Positions 38,101 to 47,438 of a stretch of 64,000 nucleotides of DNA are shown in pieces. How positions within the stretch are numbered: position 1 is the first letter of the stretch; every line of letters starts with the position of its first letter. The stretch is from a virus, in the IMG/VR virus record IMGVR_UViG_3300045988_132927, positions 13,484-77,483 of that record. One strand, written 5' to 3'. The translations under genes and the position numbers were made by a program. The notes beneath the pieces were generated by a model. It saw nothing but the letters and a program-made list of their open reading frames with translations, ran no database searches and was not told the origin of the DNA.

Positions 38101-41100
38101 TTTATACAGAACAGATGGAAAAGTGGGATGCTGAAAATTCGGAACTGGAATTTAGCGAAAGTCATGCCACAAGAATGGAATCCATATACAAAAAGGCTGA
38201 AGAAGAATTAGGGCATCCGGTTTCTCAAACAACCAAAGAATACCTTAATGCTCTATCCAGGCAAAAACGGATATTGAGGCAGCCTTTTATTGATAGCGGT
38301 GGTAATTTTGATGAGGTTGCCTATTTTAAAAGCAGCAATTACGAAGAAGAAGGACTGCTTCGTAAACAACGTAAGGAAGCAGCTTCAGAATACATATATG
38401 TAGGAACCAGGAGAGTGGAAAAAACCGGCGACCAACTTAAGATGGCCAAAGAAATACAAGCTATAAATGAAGTTTGGAGAAAGGAATCAAATAATGTTAC
38501 TAATGCCGTATCAGAATCGTTTTTGCAAAAATTGAGAGCGATTCAGAGCGAATCAGGAGGGGAAGCTGCATTGAGAACGCTTATGTTGGGAGGTCACCTG
38601 TCGTTCAATGATCGGTTTTGGAATGAAGTAGAATCGGAACAGTCGGCGCGTACCGAATCAAATAACAAGGCTTCGTATCTTAAAATGGCGCATGATATCA
38701 TTAGTTCTACGACAAGTGATAGAGATGCGACTGACGTGGATTCGATTGTGAAAGATATAGAAAAAAATAAGGCCATTATCAAGGAAATAATCGGAAACAA
38801 CCGAGATGTGGCTGATATCGGAGAAATTAACGAAGCGACATTTACCTCATCTGAAAGAGATGCTTTTAGGGCCGCATCTGAAGCTATTGAAGCTGATTAC
38901 GCTATCTTAATAGATTATGCTAAGATGGTGGGTCTTGAAGATATTGATAAGTACCTTACTAAAAGCAGTAAGGCCGAAAACGAAGTAAATCAGTCTTATT
39001 TAAATGCTCTTGCTGACTCCAAGGAAGTGGAATGGAAGTTCGTACAACGTCATACTACAGCGAAGAAAGCAAAAAGGATTCAGGCTTTAAGGGATAAGCT
39101 GTTTAAGGCTGCTGATAACCGATATCTGTTTACCGTATCTGAAACCAACTACCTGTCAGAAAAGCTTGGTATAAGCAAAGAATTAGACGGTAGAGATTTC
39201 AGGAATGCTGTTAATGCTAAGATGGCCAGCTTGTTTTTAAATAATACAAGAGAAGAGGGCATAGAAGAGACCAATGCTATTGTTAATGAATTTGCCAGGG
39301 GCCAGGTCTTTTCCTACTATAAACGCATGGCGCCTACCGGATATGCGGCTATGATCGACAAAATAGGTCGAGGTGAGATAGATGTGGCGCAGATGGTTAA
39401 GGACGTGCAAAACGGTACATCCACCCAAGATTATGGCATGAACATATCGTACCTGTCTTTCGATCCTGCAAGGGCATGGGTGGCTGAATCTGAAGCCGAA
39501 AATAACGGCCGTAATCCTGATTATGTAAAAGATCATGGGTATGGTCATCGAATGCCTAAGAAAAGCCTGTATCGTGATGAATCTTATTTCAATGACTTTG
39601 GTATCAAGTATGATGCTGACGGTAATGAAGTTGCTACTAAAAACGTAGAGCAGTGGAATATGATTCAAAAACTCAAGGAAATAAAAAGACAATCCCTTGA
39701 TCTATACAAAGAGCAGAGCCCGAACCTGTATGCTATTCCACAGATATCAAAACAAGATATAGAACGTATAGAAGGATTGGGTATTAACTTCAAAAATACG
39801 GTTCGTAATTTTGTATCAGATCTGTGCCTGGACAGAGTAGACGATTCTTTATACGGTAAAACCAGGCAAGGAGAAGTGTATGATCCGGAAGACAGACTTA
39901 GGTCTATACCTAAATACTACATATATGAATTGGAGAACCAAGATGATGTATCTCACGATTTTGGCTACTCTTATTCGATGCTTATGATGCAGTCATCGTT
40001 ATACAACGAAAAGCAGAAGTCTATAGAGCTCGCTCAAGGACTGGAGCAGATGTTACTGAATAAACAATTTGAAGGTGGTAAAAAGGCTGAAGCAACCCAA
40101 GCATATCAGATGTTCAGGGACTTCTTCAACGATCATTATTATGGCATTAGGATGAACACCAAAAAACTTACGGTGAACATCGGAGGATATACGGTAGACC
40201 TTACAAGAATTATGATGGCTGTTGAAAGATTTATGTCGGTCATGAACTTGGCACTGTCCCCGTTTGTGGCAGCTACCGGCGCCTTAACAGGTCATATCAA
40301 CCTCATCATGGAATCTGCCGTAGGACAGTATATAAGTAAAGATTCCCTTAAATACGCATCGGCTGAATTTTCACGCCTTGCTCCATCTTGTATAGCAGAA
40401 ACCGGAGACATAGATAGGAAAAGCAAATTATATGTCATAGGTGAGAGAATGGGGATATTCAATATCCGAAATCGTATGTATGGTGCCGGATACAATAGAG
40501 TGGCCAGGACCTTAATGCGTTCACCTATGTATGCTTTTATGGAAATCCTGAACTACCCTCTTGATCCGCAGGTTATGATTGCTACTATGGACAATGTTCG
40601 TCATTACAAAGGTCGGTTCTACACGTTCCAAGATTTCAAGATGGAAAAAGAACGCAATAAGGAACAGAGTACCATAAAAAGAGAATGGAATGCATTAAAA
40701 GATCGTACTTTATGGAGTATGGTAGACGTCGTGGATGGGAAGGTGGTTGTAAAGCCAGGATCGGGTGTTACTGTTGAGGAAGTTGAAACCCAGATGGCTA
40801 TAACCAGGAATCAAGTCCGTAGCTTGTCGCAGATATGTAACGGATCTTTGAATGAAGAAAACCGAACTGCCGCATCGCGCAACTGGATAGCCAGGTTCAT
40901 GACCGCCCACCGAGGATGGTTGGTGCTGGCGGCTCAACGTCTGTGGAAAAGACGTGGCTTCAATTTCCAAACAATGCAAGAAGAGGAAGGGTTGTCAATT
41001 ACGTTAAAGAATATGATAGCCAAAACATTTAGCCTGGCTTCCGAGTCTGGTATGAAAAACATCATAGATGCCTGGAACGAAAATAAAGACAATATGAATG

Positions 41101-41591
41101 AGGTAGAAAAAACTAATCTCAAACGCCTCAGTGTCTATGCCGGCACGTTCCTTATCATGCAAGCCGTATCCATGCTTCTTGCCGGATGGCGTGATGATGA
41201 TGAAAACGAAAAAAGTTGGCTTACTCAATTTGGATCTTACGTTGGATTCAGAACCATAAACGAAATAGCTTCACAGATGCCGTTTATTATGGAGCTTAAC
41301 GTTGTAGATATCATTAACGACCCGTTTGTTATGGGAAGGAAGCTGAAGGATCTTACCGATCTTAGGAATTATTCACTTGATAAAGTAACATCCGGTACAT
41401 ACAAAGGAGAGTCTAAGCTATTTAGGCAACTCGCCAAACAGACGTTTATCAAACAATGGTATAATATCAAGACGCCGGAAGACGTAGCGCGCGCCTATAA
41501 TTGGTGGCAGCAGACAAACAACAAGTCAATGATGTTCTTCATCGGCGCTACTCCTGATTCGGAAGGAGACGATGACGTTAGTTACAAATAG
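35169..41591 (+). CDS. giant hypothetical virion protein (2140 aa)
   Basis: uninterrupted 6.4-kb ORF; no DxDGD RNAP motif found. Confidence 0.6.
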   Translation: MTSTCIIKRDNKKKVVSVSTRSGDRSMLFDKIASIPLMENRERATTVFKTVFSNKFLKAFGDWRKRVPINKPAYNKVKSNIDLIPEAYRERVLDKASKMSNPVLVSKSDAPYEIQESGFGFYSQDLGDNIILVDAMVPSSISVPEEPGIDAGQYLQDTISSDFTPVSMVQDKGVNYMVIKDGLKIFSPEELPETDSNPVGVTYQTGEPRLFFMNDRSQLFEDYGEALRSGGNDIRIGFLSGTVQESAVDGVADITYKAGKYVLNNPKSFIPVMTASASTSLSTKGGIINYLIKKGLLSGSKIFDPETRSYYLTGEGHTGQIRLFNSALSYTELRNHFGSDVSMNDQGMITISSLDNSKVTMRLATGGTERISREQIKNDLKSGRYNELDAKYDHFDALVVSFILEDNDLYADTKAKIVSDYSRQERDQRNSIVEILKTLGVSVIGMTDYIEKYQTKYGHEPSAKALADIANNVIAVGEDATLSDLVEETAHFLVEAYRDQNAVEAVLQDVEGTEEWNQYAGQYYNTYGKVYEGAELDNAVRREILGKILAREMQTGTAQAPVEPTSFLGRVRQLLSGIVNWLKSALSTQRQDLNNVIKNIRDLAITDIDKGFDTSLLKDNDFTLYSLSSMNKNKFLESKIRSLRKTLRDLRQISSDRAVTTSMTLAQLKTIEDKINKVETEIDKNEMAAAMNSMISTAEAQVRYLSNVVNTILHGDTKDGKLHFNTNDRKNVDIINNQVLPIMNDLRGYIRNRSTEFDEREKQDYTNRINTVIADINGIQSDIKSVQDLDESTLLDKLMNELHVPADKVKRVKEFFDKVQHDVSWISRWFGILEHSSSPFNNALGAMIAKDNYNAMVNAQPAISDFLTYAKKHGFNKSEFEKLLQKVDGKTSNYLRSALDMAKYDRNKKLAQMRAFATAMNIEISEEEIGDVVDNNRNYVFKREAVDKDGNTVTENAKFKPSSDRVNTDIFTIEQEKIYTEQMEKWDAENSELEFSESHATRMESIYKKAEEELGHPVSQTTKEYLNALSRQKRILRQPFIDSGGNFDEVAYFKSSNYEEEGLLRKQRKEAASEYIYVGTRRVEKTGDQLKMAKEIQAINEVWRKESNNVTNAVSESFLQKLRAIQSESGGEAALRTLMLGGHLSFNDRFWNEVESEQSARTESNNKASYLKMAHDIISSTTSDRDATDVDSIVKDIEKNKAIIKEIIGNNRDVADIGEINEATFTSSERDAFRAASEAIEADYAILIDYAKMVGLEDIDKYLTKSSKAENEVNQSYLNALADSKEVEWKFVQRHTTAKKAKRIQALRDKLFKAADNRYLFTVSETNYLSEKLGISKELDGRDFRNAVNAKMASLFLNNTREEGIEETNAIVNEFARGQVFSYYKRMAPTGYAAMIDKIGRGEIDVAQMVKDVQNGTSTQDYGMNISYLSFDPARAWVAESEAENNGRNPDYVKDHGYGHRMPKKSLYRDESYFNDFGIKYDADGNEVATKNVEQWNMIQKLKEIKRQSLDLYKEQSPNLYAIPQISKQDIERIEGLGINFKNTVRNFVSDLCLDRVDDSLYGKTRQGEVYDPEDRLRSIPKYYIYELENQDDVSHDFGYSYSMLMMQSSLYNEKQKSIELAQGLEQMLLNKQFEGGKKAEATQAYQMFRDFFNDHYYGIRMNTKKLTVNIGGYTVDLTRIMMAVERFMSVMNLALSPFVAATGALTGHINLIMESAVGQYISKDSLKYASAEFSRLAPSCIAETGDIDRKSKLYVIGERMGIFNIRNRMYGAGYNRVARTLMRSPMYAFMEILNYPLDPQVMIATMDNVRHYKGRFYTFQDFKMEKERNKEQSTIKREWNALKDRTLWSMVDVVDGKVVVKPGSGVTVEEVETQMAITRNQVRSLSQICNGSLNEENRTAASRNWIARFMTAHRGWLVLAAQRLWKRRGFNFQTMQEEEGLSITLKNMIAKTFSLASESGMKNIIDAWNENKDNMNEVEKTNLKRLSVYAGTFLIMQAVSMLLAGWRDDDENEKSWLTQFGSYVGFRTINEIASQMPFIMELNVVDIINDPFVMGRKLKDLTDLRNYSLDKVTSGTYKGESKLFRQLAKQTFIKQWYNIKTPEDVARAYNWWQQTNNKSMMFFIGATPDSEGDDDVSYK

Positions 41592-41728
41592 ACGAAGAAT
41601 ATCGGACTTGCATTGTTTTTGTATGATTCCAATATGTTATATTAGCATCGTCAAAGAGTAGATTGTACGTTTTTTTGTTCTTACTTGAAAGATTATGTAG
41701 GTTTAATTTTTTCTGAAATTGTTTTCTT

Positions 41729-41770
41729 ACCGGTTCTCAGTCAGAGATGATAGGGAACCGGTTTCTTTTA
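41729..41770 (+). terminator. terminator-like hairpin accggttc / gaaccggt plus T-rich tail
   Basis: 8-bp stem, 18-nt loop. Confidence 0.45.
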
Positions 41771-41805
41771 TGTTGTCAATTATTGCTATCTTGCAAACAA
41801 AAATC

Positions 41806-42423
41806 ATGAGACGAAGATTTCAAATAGGGATGGGGGTAAATCCCTCGCTTATAATCAATAAAGGCATATACATCCAACATGTAGATGGAGGATTATATAC
41901 AAAAGAAAATTGGTCTAATAAAGGATATTCCAATGATCTATGCAATGGAATAGCTCTTGTAGATAAAGTGTGTTTTGTTATAGCCACCGAATATATTGGC
42001 ACATTTCGTTGGGGTAAGGATGGAGAAATAGACAATATATTTGCACAAGATAGTTCTCATATTGGAACTATTAAAAAGGATTATTGGGGGCGTGAAAATC
42101 AGAATGCGTATCTTGAATATGATACCAGTAATACAGATTACGCTTTTAATAAAGCTAATAGCTATTTATTTAAAAATGGTCAAAATGGATATGTAGGTGG
42201 CGCCGGAGAGTTTTTTTTGATATCATTGTATGCTAATGAAATAAACGAATGCCTTTTAATGGTAGGAGGTACGATAATGAGTAATAGAATGTGGACATCC
42301 ACTCGAAATACAAAATTTACCTATTCGTGGTATTATGATATAAACATCCAAGGAGATCATTTGGATACAGGTTCAAGGGGTAGTTCACATTATGTCCGCC
42401 CTTTTACTGAATTAATTTTATGA
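41806..42423 (+). CDS. MRRRF-family paralog 3; lectin-like, DUF1566-like C-terminus (…SSHYVRPF)
   Basis: ATGAGACGAAGATTT start; the C-terminal segment MWTSTRNTKFTYSWYYDINIQGDHLDTGSRGSSHYVRPF resembles the DUF1566 ending (yWSST…yvRcV). Confidence 0.5.
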   Translation: MRRRFQIGMGVNPSLIINKGIYIQHVDGGLYTKENWSNKGYSNDLCNGIALVDKVCFVIATEYIGTFRWGKDGEIDNIFAQDSSHIGTIKKDYWGRENQNAYLEYDTSNTDYAFNKANSYLFKNGQNGYVGGAGEFFLISLYANEINECLLMVGGTIMSNRMWTSTRNTKFTYSWYYDINIQGDHLDTGSRGSSHYVRPFTELIL

Positions 42424-42427
42424 AATT

Positions 42428-42877
42428 ATGAGAAGAAGATTTGAAAATATTAAGACAGTTGCCGGCGTCAAGATCCCTGTTTTTGCTTGTTCGATTTCGG
42501 CCCCTACAACCACATGGCGAAATCCTGTACCTATTCTTGGTTGTAGATACCGATCTAATGGAGTAACTATGGCGGCTTCCTATGTTTTAGATGAAATTAA
42601 TAATAGCAAGGTATGTACGATGGGCGGTAATCCTATAAGTTGTACGATATCAAATTCTGGACAATATATCCAGGCTTACTTTAATGAAGGACAGGTAACA
42701 GGTGATATTATATTACAGTTTACGATTGGAGACGTTTTTTATTATTTCTTTATTACAGAAGGATCCAATCAAGTACCTCAACTGAAATTAAGTCCAAGTA
42801 CTCACCTTATTCATTCAATATATAAGATAAGTACAATTGGCAGCTTTGTCCCTATTGATACCTATGTGGAATTATAA
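42428..42877 (+). CDS. MRRRF-family paralog 4
   Basis: ATGAGAAGAAGATTT start, 4 nt after previous stop. Confidence 0.5.
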   Translation: MRRRFENIKTVAGVKIPVFACSISAPTTTWRNPVPILGCRYRSNGVTMAASYVLDEINNSKVCTMGGNPISCTISNSGQYIQAYFNEGQVTGDIILQFTIGDVFYYFFITEGSNQVPQLKLSPSTHLIHSIYKISTIGSFVPIDTYVEL

Positions 42878-42942
42878 TAAAAGATATAAAAATAGTACTA
42901 AAATGTATTAGTATAAGATAAGACGGTTATTAATCATATATT

Positions 42943-42988
42943 ACAATAATCCCCAACCGTACACCTATTGTATGGCCGGGGATTATTG
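42943..42988. terminator. bidirectional terminator hairpin between convergent modules
   Basis: acaataatcccc / ggggattattgt 12-bp stem. Confidence 0.6.
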
Positions 42989-42991
42989 TAG

Positions 42992-43240
42992 TTACCATCT
43001 TCTCTTGTAACAAGAGTCCACTACCTTTACCTTTCCTTCTTCTTTCTCACCATAATTAAATTCATACGCATCTTCGAATGAATAAAAAACAGCATAATAC
43101 GACACGCCAAACATATTATATTTTATTCTGTTTTTCCATTTCCCAAAAATGTTTTGATATTGGCACCAATATTCTATTTCCCCATTAGTTAATTTCCTTT
43201 CAAATATTCTAATAGGAACATGAAATAGATTCCTAAGCAT
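42992..43240 (-). CDS. hypothetical protein
   Basis: 82-aa ORF. Confidence 0.4.
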   Translation of the reverse strand: MLRNLFHVPIRIFERKLTNGEIEYWCQYQNIFGKWKNRIKYNMFGVSYYAVFYSFEDAYEFNYGEKEEGKVKVVDSCYKRRW

Positions 43241-43721
43241 TAGCTTTATGACCTTCCCTATCTGTGAAAACTAAACCAATACCTTCTATAATATATCCTA
43301 CTACAGGAGCTTTGTCAAATTCCTCCTTCGTAGCCCAAGTAGCATTATCAGGCATCAGATCCTTGAATGTGTCCGAAACATCACCTTGGCACCAGCAGTT
43401 ATTTGATACAACAATGCCTTTCCCTTCGATATTGATATACATCTTTCTTCCACCGCATCCAAGGCTGTTCCATCCGCTCGGTACGTTTTTCACCATAGGC
43501 TTAAGCACCCAGCTTTCACCGTCTATCCTAACCCATCCAGGATCGTCTTTGTGCTTGTCGTACATATTTTGCCAAAAAGAGCATTCGTAGCACCATCCCC
43601 TGTCTTCCATGACCGTTCTTATCTCACACCTTTCAAATCCATCTGCATCCATCGTGTGCGGAGAATGAGGCTGGTGAGGAGTGCCACATTTTGGACATAC
43701 GAGTTTTAAATTATTTTCCAT
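43233..43721 (-). CDS. hypothetical Cys/His-rich protein
   Basis: CPKCGTPHQPHSPH ... CYEC motifs. Confidence 0.45.
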   Translation of the reverse strand: MENNLKLVCPKCGTPHQPHSPHTMDADGFERCEIRTVMEDRGWCYECSFWQNMYDKHKDDPGWVRIDGESWVLKPMVKNVPSGWNSLGCGGRKMYINIEGKGIVVSNNCWCQGDVSDTFKDLMPDNATWATKEEFDKAPVVGYIIEGIGLVFTDREGHKANA

Positions 43722-43959
43722 ATTGTTTCACTTTTATGATCTTAATAGAATCTCCTATATTGTATTCCCCTTGGTATCCAACGAATTTTATAAGTCTATT
43801 ACTGTTAAATATTGAAAATCCTCCGTCTTCACCATAATACATCACACGCCCACCCTGTAAAGGACGTAAATCATATATAACCCATCCGTTATTAACCTGA
43901 CTATCATCATGCGAACATGATGATAACACAAGTGCCATCAATAAAACAAAATACCTCAT
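43711..43959 (-). CDS. small lipoprotein (lipobox LSSC)
   Basis: MRYFVLLMALVLSSCSHD signal peptide II. Confidence 0.45.
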   Translation of the reverse strand: MRYFVLLMALVLSSCSHDDSQVNNGWVIYDLRPLQGGRVMYYGEDGGFSIFNSNRLIKFVGYQGEYNIGDSIKIIKVKQYGK

Positions 43960-43966
43960 GTTATTT

Positions 43967-44158
43967 TCAACATAAAAATTTATAACCTGGTTTTACTGCC
44001 TCTGCTTCTTCTCTCGTATCAAACATTAAGATAGTAGTTGATTCTGTACCTTCACAAATGTAAGATACTTCCACCCACCACCTAAAAATTCCAGAGCCAT
44101 AATCATCATAGTACGGCTCAGAAAGAACTTCTTCTACATACCCATCCAAATAATTCAC
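43967..44158 (-). CDS. hypothetical protein
   Basis: 63-aa ORF. Confidence 0.3.
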   Translation of the reverse strand: MNYLDGYVEEVLSEPYYDDYGSGIFRWWVEVSYICEGTESTTILMFDTREEAEAVKPGYKFLC

Positions 44159-44877
44159 GATCGCTCCTCCTTATTTTTAGATTCTGCCTCTTCGAGTATG
44201 CTGATCACCTTATCAACAATATCCGAATCAGACATTTTCTCAATAAAAACATCCATTGCCTTAGTTATGTCATTGGCTTCTTTTTCTTCAAAAGCTATTT
44301 CTCCACCGGTAATAGCATCAGATAATGATGTAGATAAGTGTCTTATCTTATCAATGCTCATAAACGTAAATGGATTACCACCTTGACCTCCACCCATTTC
44401 TTTCATGATCTGATATCCACCTGAGATAAGTCTGCCTGATGTCGTGGCCAAGGAGGATACGATTAGGGACAGTACCGCCGCTTCCGTCCGCTCCTCGGAC
44501 ACACCCCTCGACCACACGGCTGCCCTTATAGCGCCGGCCAGATCGTCTATGTATGGCATGAGGCAATCTTCCATCGCTTGTGTTATATCAGCTATAACCT
44601 CACTACGCTCTTTATTTATGTAGTAGATAGAAGCATTGTACCTCTTTATCTCTTTGTCCATATCATTCAAAAATCGTTTGACATTATGTTTGTACATAGG
44701 ACCACCCTTAATCACTTCCTTCAGCTTAAGAATGTAATTATAAGCCTGGTCGTTTACGAACAACGTCATGGTTTCAACCGTCGAATGAAGCGTGTTAAGA
44801 CTGTTAAGAATCTTATCTAAATTGTTTATCAAATAAGCTTTTCTGGCTTTTGCCGCGTAATTAATCATCGTATTCAA
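44155..44877 (-). CDS. hypothetical protein
   Basis: 240-aa ORF. Confidence 0.5.
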   Translation of the reverse strand: MNTMINYAAKARKAYLINNLDKILNSLNTLHSTVETMTLFVNDQAYNYILKLKEVIKGGPMYKHNVKRFLNDMDKEIKRYNASIYYINKERSEVIADITQAMEDCLMPYIDDLAGAIRAAVWSRGVSEERTEAAVLSLIVSSLATTSGRLISGGYQIMKEMGGGQGGNPFTFMSIDKIRHLSTSLSDAITGGEIAFEEKEANDITKAMDVFIEKMSDSDIVDKVISILEEAESKNKEERS

Positions 44878-45403
44878 ATTTTAGATTTTCAAGTTCATGT
44901 ATTTGTAACTTAAGAGACTTAATTAAATCCGTTCTCTGTTCCTCTGCATGTTTTAAAGCCTCTTCCTTGCTTTCAAAAGCACAATCCCCTATCTGATAAG
45001 GGGTGTAACGACCAGGAGTGTCGGCTAATAAAAGACCACCACAATCTTCTATTCTGGCTTTTACCTTTCTTATTTTCCCATCTTTTAGACACATGTCCGT
45101 AACCCATACGAATTTACCATATAATTTATCATACTCTTCTAATCTCTCTTCTTGCAATTCATACCATTTAGGCTTAGGAAATCTTAATGTGAATTTAACC
45201 TCAGTATCTTTTTCTAAGACATTAATATCGTATGCTTCCGGCCACAGCTCTTTTATGCTGTCTTCGTCTTCGGCATACGCTACAAGTATGAATGAATCAT
45301 CGGATTCACCACTACACCAATATGGATATTTTATAGGCCATTTGACTGGACGGTAGTCGTTATCGCAGTCGGATTTTTTAATGTAAAATCTTGTTCTAAT
45401 CAT
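44861..45403 (-). CDS. hypothetical protein
   Basis: 180-aa ORF. Confidence 0.5.
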   Translation of the reverse strand: MIRTRFYIKKSDCDNDYRPVKWPIKYPYWCSGESDDSFILVAYAEDEDSIKELWPEAYDINVLEKDTEVKFTLRFPKPKWYELQEERLEEYDKLYGKFVWVTDMCLKDGKIRKVKARIEDCGGLLLADTPGRYTPYQIGDCAFESKEEALKHAEEQRTDLIKSLKLQIHELENLKFEYDD

Positions 45404-46527
45404 GATTCTTTTATTCTTTTAAGTATATGTTCAATCACTTTAATAGTCCACCCGTTTCCCAACATCTTGTACTGTTGGGTTTCGCTGCATTCCCATTTAT
45501 ACCAATCTGGTACAGTCTGTAACCTGGAGCACTCTGTAGGGGTTAATCTTCTTATTCTGAAATCGCCATGTAATGTTCTCTGTATGATAAAATTGTTTCT
45601 ATCATATGAATTACAAGATGATGTTGGAGCCTTATCTTCATGAAATCCACCTTTGTTAAATCCTCTTGGTATTTGTAAAATAAGATTATCTTTCTGAACT
45701 GTTTTAAGACCAGATTCTCTACATGTAGGTTTTTCTGGATTCCTACCTCTCATTGCTACACAAATAAGATCGTACATGTATTTACCCTTTACGGTAACAG
45801 TATTGGATTTTTCATCTTTTGTTTTAATATTAGCTCCATAATAATCCCCCTTGTCGTGATTTCTTTTCAAGTGAAAAGTTAAATTGTTTAAAACTTTTTC
45901 AGATAAGTAATATTTTTCATCTACTTCATATTCCGCTATATCACTTATAGTCAAACCTTCGTCTTTAGGTTGAGGGATAATTCCGCCTTGAATATTAGTC
46001 CAATAAATACGTTTCCTGGTTTGAGCGGAAACAAGCGCTGAATTAATATGATTGCCTTTACACCCTATAGCATCATCAAATACCAGCTCCCATTTCTTTC
46101 CCATCTTAACGTTCTCAAGAAGAAACAATACCTCGGGATTGGTTTTTCTTGCATCATTCAAAATACGGATAAACTCCCAGAATAAGTAAGACTGACCGGA
46201 AAACTCAAATCCTTGTTTTTTTAATTCAAGATACTCATTAAGTGATTTGATTTCTATTCCTTCTACGGTAGACAACCCTTTTCTTTTTCCAGAAAAGGAC
46301 ATATCCGTACATGGGCTGCCGGCTAAAATAAGATCTATGTGTCCAAGATCTTCTACATTCAAATCCCTTACATCTCCTACTTGTATAGTATTAGGGAAAT
46401 TTAATTGCGTTTGTTTAATAGCAAACTTATCTATTTCTGATGCATAATATACTTCAGGTGTGATCCCTATTTCTTTTAGCGCTATTTGACCACATGACAT
46501 TCCGTCAAATAAACTTAACACTCTCAT
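45400..46527 (-). CDS. DNA (cytosine-5)-methyltransferase; start probably at Met26 of track ORF (track end 46602)
   Basis: motif I LFDGMSCG, motif IV GSPCTDMSFSG (PC), motif VI LLENVKM (ENV), motif VIII QTRKRIYW (QxRxR). Confidence 0.8.
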   Translation of the reverse strand: MRVLSLFDGMSCGQIALKEIGITPEVYYASEIDKFAIKQTQLNFPNTIQVGDVRDLNVEDLGHIDLILAGSPCTDMSFSGKRKGLSTVEGIEIKSLNEYLELKKQGFEFSGQSYLFWEFIRILNDARKTNPEVLFLLENVKMGKKWELVFDDAIGCKGNHINSALVSAQTRKRIYWTNIQGGIIPQPKDEGLTISDIAEYEVDEKYYLSEKVLNNLTFHLKRNHDKGDYYGANIKTKDEKSNTVTVKGKYMYDLICVAMRGRNPEKPTCRESGLKTVQKDNLILQIPRGFNKGGFHEDKAPTSSCNSYDRNNFIIQRTLHGDFRIRRLTPTECSRLQTVPDWYKWECSETQQYKMLGNGWTIKVIEHILKRIKES

Positions 46528-46531
46528 GGCA

Positions 46532-46840
46532 TTATACACATTTTTCAATTTTAATTGATTTTGATGATAGATACATATTCCATGTTCCTCTGCCTCTGTC
46601 ACCTTTTTCGTTTTGTTTTTGGATTGTCAAGTACAGATCTCCGTCTTCACATACTTCAACTTTTTTCAAGAAGCCTATCATTTCATCTCCTGTTTCGTGT
46701 AAAATACGGATCTTATCTCCTTCTTTTAACCCATAATTGGAATCAAAGTATTCTTTTTTGATTCTATCAATATTGTCTTTATGATTTTTTATAGCATAAA
46801 GCTCGTTTCTTAATAAATAATTTAGTTGTTCTATTGTCAT
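46532..46840 (-). CDS. hypothetical protein
   Basis: 102-aa ORF. Confidence 0.4.
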   Translation of the reverse strand: MTIEQLNYLLRNELYAIKNHKDNIDRIKKEYFDSNYGLKEGDKIRILHETGDEMIGFLKKVEVCEDGDLYLTIQKQNEKGDRGRGTWNMYLSSKSIKIEKCV

Positions 46841-47394
46841 TTCTTTTCCTCCTTGTTTAATGGTATCAACCCTTTTCCATGCTTGTCATACCACAGCATA
46901 GCTATACAGTTCCATGCACATTGTGCAAGATGAAAACATCCTGTATCTGAGTCTATTCTTTCCCCTTTCATGTATTCCATTAGGTGTCTGGCAGCCGCAG
47001 CACGATACCGTTCAAACCCGTTGTCAAGGTTCTGCCATTTATTGGGTCCGTACTTCTTTGCACCAGCATGATAGACTTTTACAATGTCCTCAATCTCTTC
47101 CATTGGAAGTAAATCCCATCGTAGTTTATCGTCAATGATGTCATTTTTCACCGATTTGTTTTCTCCGGATACTTTGACAGGAATAATACCCATAATGTCC
47201 GTTCCTACGATAAACGTCTCTCCATTGCAACAAACCTCAGCATATTCATCATCTACCTCTATGTCTGATACTGCCTCCACTATAGCTCCTCTGGCTATTT
47301 CTAATTCGGAACTGATTACATCACTTTCCAACATGCGAAAAATAGATCCTTTTGGATAAAGGATGTTTTTAGTATTATTGTCCATCTTTTCCAT
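46837..47394 (-). CDS. putative dATP/dGTP pyrophosphohydrolase-like protein (MazG/DUF550-like N-terminal domain)
   Basis: DKLRWDLLPMEEIEDIVKVYHAGAKKYGPNKWQNL...RYRAAAARHLMEY...GCFHLAQCAWNC resembles the phage dNTP diphosphohydrolase N-domain pattern. Confidence 0.4.
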   Translation of the reverse strand: MEKMDNNTKNILYPKGSIFRMLESDVISSELEIARGAIVEAVSDIEVDDEYAEVCCNGETFIVGTDIMGIIPVKVSGENKSVKNDIIDDKLRWDLLPMEEIEDIVKVYHAGAKKYGPNKWQNLDNGFERYRAAAARHLMEYMKGERIDSDTGCFHLAQCAWNCIAMLWYDKHGKGLIPLNKEEKK

Positions 47395-47438
47395 TGTTTT
47401 ATCGTTGTTTTAATTATTTGATATAATAATATAGTCCA

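Noticed and set aside
8579-41591. Stop-codon reassignment (TAG or TGA recoding), as in crAss-like and other Bacteroidetes phages, possibly served by the tRNA-like genes
   Set aside because: All large late ORFs (946, 1019, 2223, 2140 aa) are uninterrupted in the standard code, and the tRNA-like elements have GTA and TTT anticodon loops, not suppressor anticodons.
35169-41591. Virion-packaged giant RNA polymerase (crAss-like gp66 type)
   Set aside because: No DxDGD catalytic motif was found by eye (only YDADGNEV, which lacks the terminal Asp); the function is left unknown.
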